Assembly: GCA_051294375.1 (NCBI GenBank)
Contig: CM119267.1
Location: 19,729,546-19,793,545 of the forward strand
Source of the DNA: Paraspadella gotoi
Lineage: Eukaryota; Animalia; Chaetognatha
Length of the DNA: 64,000 bases
Direction of reading: 5' to 3'
Shown here: positions 37,001-49,000 of the stretch, piece by piece
Numbering within the stretch: position 1 is the first letter of the stretch
Layout of the letters: the number at the start of each line of letters is the position of its first letter
Notes under the pieces: generated by a model
Seen by the model: only the letters and a program-made list of their open reading frames with translations
Told to the model about the DNA's origin: nothing
Database searches by the model: none
Made by a program: the position numbers and the translations under genes

Positions 37001-40000
37001 GCCAGAAACATCTGCCTCCAAAAGAGCTCCTTGAGAATGGAGGCGAAACGCTGCGTCGAGAGTTGACGAAAAGGCGGCGCGGGGTGCAGAAAAGAAAATC
37101 GTGCTGCGGCGCCAATTCCGAACGAAGAGAGCCAATTGCGCAGCGCCTGAACCGGGCAACGATCTGAGAGCCGCAGCGAATCGAGACGGAACGCCGGACC
37201 CATGTGTCCGACCCTGTCCGTCTTCGAGAGCGTCGATGGAACCAGACCGAACGTGATCTGCCGCTAAAGAAAGATAGCCCGCGTTGCAACGAAGAGAAAC
37301 GATTCTCTGAAGGGCGACGAGCTGACGCTAAAGCGACGAGAAAGAGCGAGCGTCGTAGAAGATCCCTCGGCGCGATCGGAAGTGCGCCCGAGTCGAGAAT
37401 GCGTAAAGTACGGCCGCATTCCACGTGGGGAAGGTCCGACGTGAGGGAGGGCGTCTCTCGAAAACTCCCTTGAGAAGGCGCCGGACAAAAGATGCTCTCC
37501 AACCGGCGCTCCCGCCAGAGGGGGGAGAATAGCTGAGATGGCCGATCTGTGAAGGTTGATCGTGCTGTACGAGAGGCCCGTCTCGCACAGAGATATCGTA
37601 GAACATCCTCTAGAGAGGCTTGAGATCCTCGAACCTCTCTATCCTGAAGGAAGTCGCAGAGCTCCAAGCTCTGGCGTAGCGCTCTCTGGTAGAGCCTCTC
37701 CAGACTGTCGACGATGACGGAGAAGGTGGAGTCGTCGATGTCGGAGAGATTGTGGCACCGCCTAAAAATCCTCCAGACGACGAGCCTGAAGCGATCCGCC
37801 TGCGGTGGCGGAAGTCCGGACACGAGGTCGACGAGGAGTTTTACGGCGCCGGAAGGCACCTCGCGTCCAGAATCCGAAGGAGAAGTAGGCTCGGGAACCA
37901 CTTCTGAGCCGCCAAACGGGGTGATCAGGAGAAAGGAGCCCTCGCCTTCTCCAGCTTGCGGATCACCATCATCAGCAGAGGAGGGGGAGGAAAGAGATAG
38001 GCCAGGTCGAAGACCCAGCGTTGCGCCAAGGCGTCTATCCCCTCCGCCTCCGGCATCGCCTCCCAGGCGAAAAAACGTGGAACTTGAGCCGACCGGGGAG
38101 TCGCGAAAAGATCGATGCTGGGGAGACCGAAAACATCGACCATCTGGCGGAAAACTCTCGGAAGGATTTCCAGTCCGCCACCTTGCGGCCCCTCGACGCC
38201 GCGTCCGTGATGAGATTCTCCTCCGAAGAGAGATGGACTCCTGAAAGCCGGATCTTCAGGTTGGAGGCCAGTAGGAGTGTCTCCCTGACTACTTCGTGGA
38301 GAGCCTGCGACCTGCTGCAGCCCCGACGAAGGCAGGTGAGAGAGACGAGGCTGTCCGTCTTCCAAAGGATGGACGCGCCGTGGAAGGAAGCTCCGAATCG
38401 TTGGAGGAAGATCTTCAGAACTTGTAACTCCTTCACATTGATATGGAGAGGGGCATCCGCAGTCGACCAGGTTCCCCTCGACAGCTGGCCCTGATGAGGA
38501 TCCCCCATCCCTGCGACGAAGCATCCGTCATCACCTCCAGCGTGCAGTCCTCCGGGAGGAGGTCGTCGATCGGAGCGAAGCACTGGTCCGGAGAAAGGGC
38601 TGCGATCCACCGCAGCTCCTCTATCGCCGCGAGTGGAGAGAAACAACGCGGTCGAGATCCTTCTCCGACTTGTAGACGCGATTGACGTCTCGTTGATCCT
38701 CGAAGACCGGCAACGCAGCAGCGGAACTGCATGGACGCCGCCGTCGAATGGCCTAGAAGCTGAAGGCACTGACGGGCACTTGGTGCGGTCGTTGACAGAA
38801 GATTCTCCGCGAGAGAGCGAAGTCTAATTTTCGTCTCCGGGAGCGCGATGGAGTGGGAGAGGCTGTCCCAAACGAAACCGAGGAAATTGAATCTCTGAGA
38901 GTGGGACAGGCTCGACTCTGAAGGTGGATGATGAACCCGCCTCCTTGAGTAGCCACACCGCCTTCCGAGTGGCTCGTCGACAATCGTCCGCGAAGATCCC
39001 AGGATCAAGATGTCGTCTATATAAAAGAGGCATCGATTCCCTGTTGGTGGAGCCACTCACTAAAGGCCTCGTCGACTTGGTGAAAACCAGGCCCGTCGAG
39101 AGCCAAAGGGAAGGACTCTGTACCGTAGAGGCGGCCCTTCCAAATGAAGCGGCAAAATTTCCGATGATCCTCGTGAATCGGGAAAAGGAGAAGCATCTCG
39201 AAGGTCTACCGAGGCACCCCAATCGCCTCGTTGAAACATCCTTCGTACGTCCGGGACTCCTTCCATCCGGAAATAAGGCGGCGAAAGGAACGAGAGCTGA
39301 GCTTTTTAAAGTTCAAAATCGGGCGCCAGCCTCCATCTTTCTTCGCAACGAGGAAAAACATGGAAAAGAAAACCCGGAGAAACCGGGACTACCTCGATGG
39401 CGTCCTCCCCAAAGCCGCCGCAATCTCCGCATCGACCAAGGCGTCTCGGTCCCCAAAAGACGGTGTCTCGTCCGAGGGAAGATGGAAGCGTGCTGGAAAC
39501 TGCTTCGCCCCCTCGAGGCGAAATCCCGAGAAGTTATCGAGAATGGGCGATGTCTCGCCAACGAGCGTCGTCCAAAGGGTTGAAGGAGACGAAGCCGACC
39601 TCCGACGGGACTTCGCCGAAGAAGCGCCGGCGTGGAAAGGTCCGTGTCGAGACTCGAGTCCAGGGCGGATCCAGGCCTAAAACCTGGGCGGTCGGACGAG
39701 GCGGCGACCGCGGGGAGGCGTTTCGAGTCATTCGCCGGGATGCGAATCCCGGCCCTTCCCGTCTCCCGACTCTTGCGGGGAACAGACTTCTTGGTCCACT
39801 TGCGCTTGAAGGAAGACTTCGAGCGAAACGAGGGCGCTTGTCGGCAGCGGGTTTGGCGCGAGCGACGTTTCGTAGAAGCGTCGAGTTGAGCGCCGACTCC
39901 ACCTGCGCTTCCTGAATACCAAAAAAGGAAGATGCGGTGGGCGCGGAGCGAGAAAGCGTAGGCGCGGAGATCCTGCGGCGCCACAGCGAGTACTTGGCGG

Positions 40001-43000
40001 CAGATCTCGCCGACTGAAAGGTTGAGGGACGCCGCTTGAAAAAGAGCCGCGTCGCGAAGCGGGGCGGCAAGGGCGTCAACGCTAGCGCTGACCTCATTTC
40101 TGGACGAGCCGGAACGGAGAGCCTCCTTGATTCCGCGCAGCTCATTGACAACTGTAAGGATGGCATGCGCGGTAGCGCCGTTCTCCTGCATCGCACGTGA
40201 AAGAGCGGAGAGTAGCCGCGTTACTCCTTTGGAAAACGCCGACTCGAATTGAGCGGAGAGGCACGTGTCCGGCGTCGGAGCGGTGAACTCCGGAGGAGAA
40301 GCGACGTCGATCCAGTGGCGTATACTGCCGATCGCTGGCGTCCCAGCGAGTTCCAGTTGGCCGTGAGGAAGACCCCTTCCCCAACGCAGCGAAGAGAACG
40401 CCACCTGTCACGAACCTGGAACCGCGGCCGACCTGCTCGTGGGCAGGGAGCCGTCGAAAACCGCCCGACGTCGTCATCCGAAGACGAAACTTCTCCCTCC
40501 TCCGCCGAATCGGAGGAGTACTTGGCGTCCAGATCCGGCACTGTGTGGGATCGATGACGCTGGGTAGAGGCGAGACCGTGTGACGGTACGAGGCGGGCGC
40601 CCGATCTGAGGGGCCGCCTACTGGAGTCGGAACAGCATGGAAGGAATTCGAGACTCGTCAAACGAGGCGAAGCGTAGTGGAGAGAAAAACCGGACCGATA
40701 TGGAATCGTCACATGTAAAAAAACGTAAGCGGTAAACAAATTAGCGCGAGAATTAAACGGAAAAATTCCCGAACCCCCCCCTCCCTTCTCCCCAAACCCC
40801 TTTCCCTAAGCCACGCCAAAGCCACGAAAAAACATGGTAGGAGACAAAAAGGGGCGGACGGTGGATCGTGGCGAGGCGGACCGATATAGAATTAATATTC
40901 CATAAAGGAATTAAAAATTCTCATATCGGTCCGCCTCGCCACGAAATGCCCCATGCCAAGAGGCGGAGGAAAGCGGTTATTTCAACAAAAATATTTCGAT
41001 CGAATCAGACGAAATAAAAATTCTAAAATTCCAAAAATCGAATAATTTGAAAAAAGAAAGAAAGAAATAAAGGAGAAACAAAAGAGGGAGGCGAGGCGTT
41101 TGAAAAACGAGCTAAAACCCCCACTACGCCATCTGGCGGGAAAAACTCACCGCCCCAAAGCGTCGAAACGCCGCTGAGACTCGCGGCGAAATTCGTCGAA
41201 ATCCTTCCTAAAGCTGTTCAGTGACGAAACCATCGTCGTAAGGACAGACTCCAGTCCTCTGGTCACGTCATCCGGCAGTGGGGATGACCAGACCGGCCGC
41301 CACTTGGTCCGAGAGCAGCGAGAGAGGGCGCCTTGGACAAAGCCCCACCGCTCGGCCGGCAACGGAAAATGTCGGTTGGTACGGGCCGAGTCCCCAAAAC
41401 CGACGGAATCGGGCTGCCGAAAACCACGTAAAAGGGGGGAGAAGGCGGTGTCGGTGGGGCAAGGTGGCGGCGGGGCGAGACCGCTCGGTCTCTCTTGGAC
41501 CTCTCAAGCCCCGAGGATCTCCAGTCCCTCTCTACGTTTAGAGACTTGTCCGAACGTTTTCGGCTGTCAGACTTCTTGTCCGAACGTTCGTCTCTACTTG
41601 ATGACTACTAATGAGCGGGTTTCGAACGTAGATATACGAGAAAATCGTGAAAAAGTCAAGAAAAAATGCGAAATCTGTAAGGTGATAACCGAACTAGTTG
41701 AGCGCGAAAAAAAAATTGAGGATCTCAGTTCCCCGGATGAGGGAGGAAGCCGGCTTCGGTGGATGCCGGGCTCCCATTGGTCGGGGCCGGTCACGTGACG
41801 GCTTCCCTTTGGATTTTCTTTTTTCATCTTTCGATGTTATTTTGTTCGTTTTTCTGACTCTGATAAACGCGCGATCTATCGACTAGCGCGAACAAAAGGG
41901 CATTTCGTGGCGAGGCGGACCGATATGAGAATCTTAAAAGCATAAGGATCGTCGCAATTACATAAGAAAAATCTGGATTGACGACAAATTTTGATACTAA
42001 AAAAATCAAATTTGAGAAAAGAAAATTAATTTATAAATAGAAAGACAAATTATATTTGCGGATTGTCAATTAAAAAAAATAATAAAGTACCGAAGAAAAT
42101 TAATGTTAGTTTCTGGAAAAAAAAAAGAAAGAGAGAGAGAGAGAAGCCAAATCGTTTTCGGACAAATCAGCAGCGGCAGCAGCAGAGGCAGCCAGAAAAA
42201 AAGAAAAAAATGAAAAGGCAGCAGCAGAAGCAGCAGGAGAAAAGAGAGAAAAAGAGGCCCCTACAGAGCCAGCTGCAGACTCGTTTTTTTTCCCTATGAA
42301 GCAGTGACTAGGGAAAAGAGAGAGGGAGAGAGAGGGAGAGGGATGGAGAGAGACATGTAATTAAAAGAGAAAAGAGAGAGAGAAAGAAATATAAAAATAA
42401 AAGATACAAAATTTGTTTGTTTTAATAAAACGTAAACAAAACATATTTAATAACTGTCCAGACTCAATTTTAAGCACATCGATGACGAGAAGCTGTATAT
42501 AAATTTTCAGCTTCATACACGCAAATTTAATTATAAAAAAGGCGATCTATAATTTGGAACGCCGATGACAACGACGACGAGGACGACACTTATGCGCAAA
42601 AGCGTCACAACTTCGCTTAGCGTTTGCAACGATAAAAAAGAAGAAAAAAGAATAGAAAGGAAAGAAAGAATAGAAAGAAAAGACAGAATAGAAAGGAAAG
42701 AAAGAATAGAAAGGAAAGAAAGAATAGAAAGGAAAGAAAGAATAGAAAGGAAAGAAAGAATAGAAAGGAAAGAAAGAATAGAAAGGAAAAAAAAAGAAAA
42801 AAGAAAAAAGAATAGAAAGGAAAGAAAGAATAAAAAGGAAAGTATAGAAAGGAAAGAATAGAAAGGAAAGAAAGAATAGAAATGAAAGAAAGAATAGAAA
42901 TGAAAGAAAGAATAGAAATGAAAGAAAGAATAGAAAGGAAAGAAGGAATAGAAAGGAAAGAAGAATAGAAAGGAAAGAAAAAATAGAAAGAAAAAGAATA

Positions 43001-46000
43001 GAAAGGAAAGAAAGAATAGAAAGGAAAGAAAGAAGAATACAGACTCGTTTTTTTTCTCGATGAATCAGCCTGGGGAAAAGAGAGAGAGAGAGCTACATAT
43101 ACATATAATTAAAAGAGAAAGGAGACATAAAAAATCAAAAGGCAGCAGCAGAAGCAGCAGGAGAAAAGAGAAAAAAAAAAGAGAGCCCCTGCAGAGCCAG
43201 CTGCAAACTCAGAAAGCAGCAGCAGAAGCAGCAGGAAAAAAGAGAGAAAAAGAAAGAGCCCCTGCAGAGCCAACTGCAAGAGCTACATATAATTAAAAGA
43301 GAAAAGAGAGAGAGAAGGAAACATGAAAATAAAAGAGAAAATTTGTTTGTTTTGATAAAACGTAAACGATAAAAAGGCGATCTATAATTTGGAACGCCGA
43401 CGACAACAACGACGACTACAACGACGACGACGCCACTTATGCGCAAAAGCATTACAATATCGTCACAAACGCTAAGCGATTGCGACAATAAAAAAGGCGA
43501 TTGATAAGTTGGAACGCCGACGACGACAACAACGACGACGCCTACGCCACTTATGCGCAAAAGCGTTACGAGATCGTCGCAAACGCAAAGCGATTGCGAC
43601 AATAAAAAGTAAACAAAGAAAAAAAGATAAAAGAATACAAATATACCTCAATGGTTTTCGTTCGACCCTGACGGCGCCGAAGAGGCTGAGGGTCAAAGGC
43701 GCCGGATTCCGCTGTCCCTCGAGAATCTCCCAGGCGTTCAAACGAGTTTTCATGTTGATCCGTAGACCGGGCGGCTTTTGCACCACGCTGCTGCCGCCCG
43801 CCGCTCCCGAGGAGTCTTTATCGCGTGAATGCGAAGACGTTGGAATCGGCTCACAAGTGATCACGTCCACCTGAATGAAAAAAAAGAAAAGAATAACGTC
43901 AATTAAAAGGGGTGCGTTCCATTTTGATAGAAAATAAGTACGGTACCGATTGTTTTGGAATGGGGAAAAGTTGCTTGAGCAGCCGTACGGCTTCGGTTTG
44001 CTTGTCGCCGGCTTCTTTCTTAAGCTTTTTGACGAGGCCGTTGTAGGCCTTGCGATTTATCTCTTCGGTTCTTGAGTGGAAGGATTGAAGGGGAGACATT
44101 AAAAATTAGCATTTTGTACAACAAGTATAGCGGATTCTTGTTTTCACCGGTCGGTAGGATCGAAAGCGAGAGTCCCGTGAATCAACGTCATCAACATGTC
44201 GTGAACGGTGGTGAAGAGTTCGCGGGTTGAGTAGAGATCGATAACGCTAAAACAAAAATTTCACGTTAAATGGAAACAAAATTGTCAGAATAAAACCTTT
44301 TCACACCTGTTGCAGATTAGCTGAGTAAACGTCAAGCTCCATTCCTGTATGGACGTGGGCGACCGTTGGATGGTGTCGAACATGCCGCCGACCAGGGAAA
44401 AGCGAAGTTGCAAAGCCTCGTGCATGATTTGCTTCACTCGACGATCTTCCGGAAGTTGTTCCTCTTTGAGTTGAAGAAACTGCGGGAGATTGGTTCAAAA
44501 AGAACAGTTAAATTAAACCATATGAACAAGTAAACTAGAAGCGAATTTAAATAAAACTCATGTGAAAATCGTTTTGCACCTGCGCAAACTGCGTGTGCAG
44601 AGATTGTAGGAGTCCCTCTCTCTGCTCGTCCTGCCCCTTGAGGCAAGTGAGAATAAGCTGAAGAAAGGGTTGATGACTCAGGAGAGAGGTGCTCTTGTAG
44701 GCGAGACGCTCTTTTTCCATTTTGCTCTTAGACGTCCATATGATGTTGCCCTTTTCCAAAACGAGCCCCGCGGCTTTCAATACTTTTCCCTGAACCTGTC
44801 GAGTTTTTTTGGATTTTTTTGGTGCGTGTGTAAATTGGCTTAATTTTAATATTTGTTACATCTTTAATAACTTGAATCATACTTGAGAACTGAGCTTCGA
44901 GATAAGAGGAGCCACGAGCCAAACGTGAGACTTTTCAGAAACGAAACGCGTATAGGGAGCATTGACGACAGATGGGGGTTGTGGGGTTGTGTGCATGGAA
45001 AGTGCGGAAGAAGGGCCTTGGGAGAATAAATCTCGTTTAAATATAAACATCTACTAATATTGCCTATTGCCACCCACCCTGAAAGAAACAGAAAAATAAC
45101 TTTATAAATTTAAAAAAAATTTAAACACAGAAAATTCATAATCTCACACAAAATGAGAGAAAAGCGCCTCAGCTTTCTGCAATGCCAACGCCTACCTACG
45201 GAACCAACGCCACCACCGACTGATGCGTTGCTTGCGAATGATGAGTTGTGATTCCCGGTTGCACCGCCGATAACGCTGCCTGGTCCGCCACCGACGACTC
45301 CACGGACGTCGTGACCCGGATGACCCGGCGTACACGATGGGGGCGGACCTTCCGTTTGTTGTTGAAACAAAGAAATTGTTCGCTCCGACAGGGTGTCGAG
45401 AAGATCCTAAAAATATTTCAAAGCCAAAAAACGCTTGAGAAAAATAGATGAAAATTTTTGATGATTCTTTCCCTCTCGCAAACTCACGGAAAGCCTGGCA
45501 ACGAGCCTGCCATCGGGTGGCGTGGCCTGCTTGATAAGAAGTTGAATCTCGACCAAAGAGACGCGCATCGACCACTGGTCGAGGTTCACTAGAATTCGGT
45601 CGATCGTCGCTTTAAGATCCAATTCGCCTTCGTCGTCTTCGGGTTGTTCTGGAACGCCGCCTGAAAAATGTCATAATTTAACAGTTTAGCAGTTTAAGAG
45701 TTTGTTGGCATTTAATATTTTTGTCAATTCATATTGAGCTGTGTAAACTGCACAGAAGAATTGTAGTTAAATTTCATAGAAATCCTCGATTCTCACCCGG
45801 ATAACAAATAAGATGGAGCAGATGCCGCGATTGACTGTGACTCAGAATCGGATCCAAAAGGTGTTGCTGTTGGAAAAGGGATTCCGGATCCTGGAGGCAA
45901 CGTTCACGAACCCACTCTTGGCCGCACATCGTCCTTAGGACCAGTTTGGCGAACTCTGTCAACGATCCTATGTCGGATCTTTGGCCGGTAAGGGTGGCAG

Positions 46001-49000
46001 CGGCACCGCTCCCGTGGGCGGCCTCCAAGGAGGCGCCGGGGGTAGGGCCGGTTTTGGCCGGCGTGTTGGCGCCGTTGCCACCCCCGGGAGTCCGACCGCC
46101 GCCCGGAGTTGAGCCCCCTCCACCGCCGGGCGTTCCGTTGCCGGCCGCCGGAAATGGGTAATCGTCCATGTCGTCGATAGTGCCAAGGAGGCTTCATTTA
46201 AACAATTCATGGATAAATCGTGTTAATTTAACAGCTCACTAAACTTCCCACCCCTATCCCACATTTTCTCCTAAATTCTTCCACCTCGATATGGAGATAT
46301 CTCCATCACCCAGCGGCGGCTTTGATTTCGTTTCGGCGCCGACTTCGACGCCGGCCGACGACATCGCCGCTTCCGCCGCGGGGGCATCGACGGTACTGTC
46401 CGAGGGCGAGAGAGCGTTGTAATCTTGATCGTCGCATTCGCCGAGCATCTGGATGGCTTTCAAGACAGCCAAGACGGCGCCAACAGACACTGAACGTCGT
46501 GATAAATCCAGAAACGGAGAAAACATGTCATTCAAAAACTTCAAAATTATTCTATTTTTAGCTTCTTCGACTTCGCTCTGTGTGGAATAGATACGACAAC
46601 CGTGAGGAAACTGAGTTGAACCTGTATTGTGCGTTGCGGCCAAAAGGTGGCGATCCCACGAGGTGCGAAGCGAGGCGGTGAGGCCCGGACCTCCGAGGGC
46701 GCCGGAGGAGTGTGACGAGGATGCGGGTCGAGAGGTGGAGGGCGTCGAAGAGGAATGGGGATTTAAATAGTGGGGCGTCAAGGGAGTTGGGGGACCTGGT
46801 ACGAAAAAGATATCAGGTAACGCCTTTGGGATACGAAAAGATTATCCCACGATTTCGTACCCAGAGAGGGATGCGGAATGCCGGAAAAGATTCGCAGCAA
46901 CAGATGGCAGGTGAGTCTGGCCCCGGGCTCGGCTTCCGTCACGGCCGAACTGACCGGACAATTGACGGTCGGCTGCAGAGATGTCAGCGCCGTCAGCAGC
47001 GACGGAATCACCAGCGCAGCAGCGAGGTTTTCCAGGGAGAAGCAATGGCGCGCCACCAGAACGGAAGTAAAAGTGGCGAGGGCGTCGTGGATGGAAACGT
47101 CGCTGACGTCAACCTTATCATCAATTTCATCGGGAATGATTTATTACGTATAAATTTGGTGTGAAAGTTCGATAAGAAGTACTCGATCCTTGCAGCGACC
47201 TTCACCTGCGTCAAAATGTCGATATAACCGCTCTGATGATTGGAGGAGCAGCACAGGGCTTTCAACACGCCAAGCCATTCCGAGGCCAGACTGTTGCAGC
47301 AGGCGGTCAGCTCAGCGCACAAGACGGCCAGGTCGTGCAACTTCTCCGCGGGAAAAGCCATGTTGCAGATAGTGAGGACGACATTGCATACAAACGAGTA
47401 GCGGCTGAGGGCGGAGTCGTTCAGCTCGCGGGCAATTTGGGGGTCGATCTTTGCGCGCGGGTTGTTGATCAGATCTTGGAGAAACGTCGCCGTCCATTTG
47501 TAATTCGACTGAGATGGCTGGATGCTAACGCTGAGGCTCTCTTTCACTTTGTTATAAGCGGTGCTGTCGTCACAAGAAATAAAATTACAAATTTATTCAT
47601 TTTAAGCTCGAAACCTCCTAAATCCTCACCTAAATATTTCGGCGAAAGTGGTTTTGAGATGAGAACAAGATTCGTACAAGTCGCAGAGAAAAGCGAGGAT
47701 GCAGCGATCGGCAGAGGAACAGTCGGATGGGTTATTTACGTGCTTTACCACAGAGATTAAACCCTCGAAAGCCTAAGTGAAATTTAGAAATGGAAAAATT
47801 CCTAATCTTGGCATGCAGTTTTATAAAAATTGCTCAACCTGGCTGGTATTGTCTGTTGAGACGAGAAGACAGGGCAAGTATCTCCTGAGCAACGCGACTA
47901 TGCACAGTCCAAGACCTTGGGCGTACTGCCCCATCAGCACTGAATTTTTGGCCGCGAGCTGCGTCTCCACGTCGGAAAGAAGACGCAACAGGGAAATGGC
48001 GAAGTACACAAGACCTGACGAATACCACAAAATTATTAAATACCTGAAATTAACAGACTTTGAATCAAACCTCGTAAAATCAATTTAAAATAGGATCACG
48101 GGGTAAACTTGTATGAAATCGGTACAACCAACAAATTATCCAATTATTTATTAAATTAGCTATCTTGCCCTCGACTATGGACAGGGTTATGGCCTCCATC
48201 CTTGTTACAAGATAAAGCAGGACCCTGCAAGCTTTCAGTCAAGCCTGTTTCACAGTTTAGTTTATTCCCTCCTGGCTTCCCTAAACAAATCTCAAAAATT
48301 ACATAAATACTAACGACGAGAAAACTCCGTTGTTTTCCACATTAACTGTCGAACTATACGCTTGTCGATTTACAAACACTGATACTGGAAAGAGCAGTTT
48401 CAGTTGTGGCATATCTTTTAGCTTACAACATAATATTAGTATACAATTGAAAAATAGCTAGGAGAGAAGTACCTTGTTTACGTTGATAAAGACTAAGGAA
48501 AAAGTACCAGACTAAGAATACCACCAGTGAGTGCCGCACAGGTTTGAACCGATGCCTTTCAAACAGGACTGAGAAAATTCTGCAGTCCATAAAAGCAGGT
48601 CATTGACCCTTAAAAATTCTTAACCCTGTCCAGCCTTCTTCCTTTTTTCTTTTAACTTTCCCGGATTTCTACCGAACCGGCTGTCGCGACGAACTCCCAT
48701 TGTGCGGGCCCTTCGGTCAATTCTCCGCTTTTGATACGGTCACCGTGTCGCTAGTGTTTGTTTTTTAATCCCTCTCGAAGGCGCTCTCTCTCTCTCTCTC
48801 TCTCTGTCTCAATGGGACCTTACTGCTATTCTTTACTCTCACTCTCTCCCCCTCTTAAGAATATAAAGCTGAAAACTGGAGCATTGACATTTATCAGTAA
48901 TTTAATAAATTACCAAGTAATTTAGTTACCGGAAATATTGAGACTGAATTCCATCAAATCGAACAGAAAGGATATATTTTCTAAAGTGGGTAGATAGTTG

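Larger units (their letters stand above)
36597..41932 (-). mobile_element. DIRS1-like tyrosine-recombinase retrotransposon, element B (near full length, inside a MED12 intron, same strand as MED12)
   Basis: Near-identical inverted terminal repeats of about 210 bp (36628-36836 and 41720-41932); 3' extension 36597-36627; ICR at 40866-40951; gag, RT, RNase H, MT and YR domains in order. The empty site reconstitutes aaaaAATcttaaaagcataagg. Confidence 0.96.

Noticed and set aside
37925-38150. DNA methyltransferase-like domain as a novel cargo gene
   Set aside because: This domain is a standard part of DIRS1-like pol, downstream of RNase H.
37714-41798. Long plus-strand ORFs over DIRS element B (and similarly over element A and MED12 exons)
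   Set aside because: Antisense shadows of GC-rich minus-strand coding sequence with no recognisable motifs.
48525-48612. tRNA-like sequence on the minus strand with a GGTTCAAACC B-box
   Set aside because: Could not fold a convincing cloverleaf; at most a decayed tRNA-derived SINE head.
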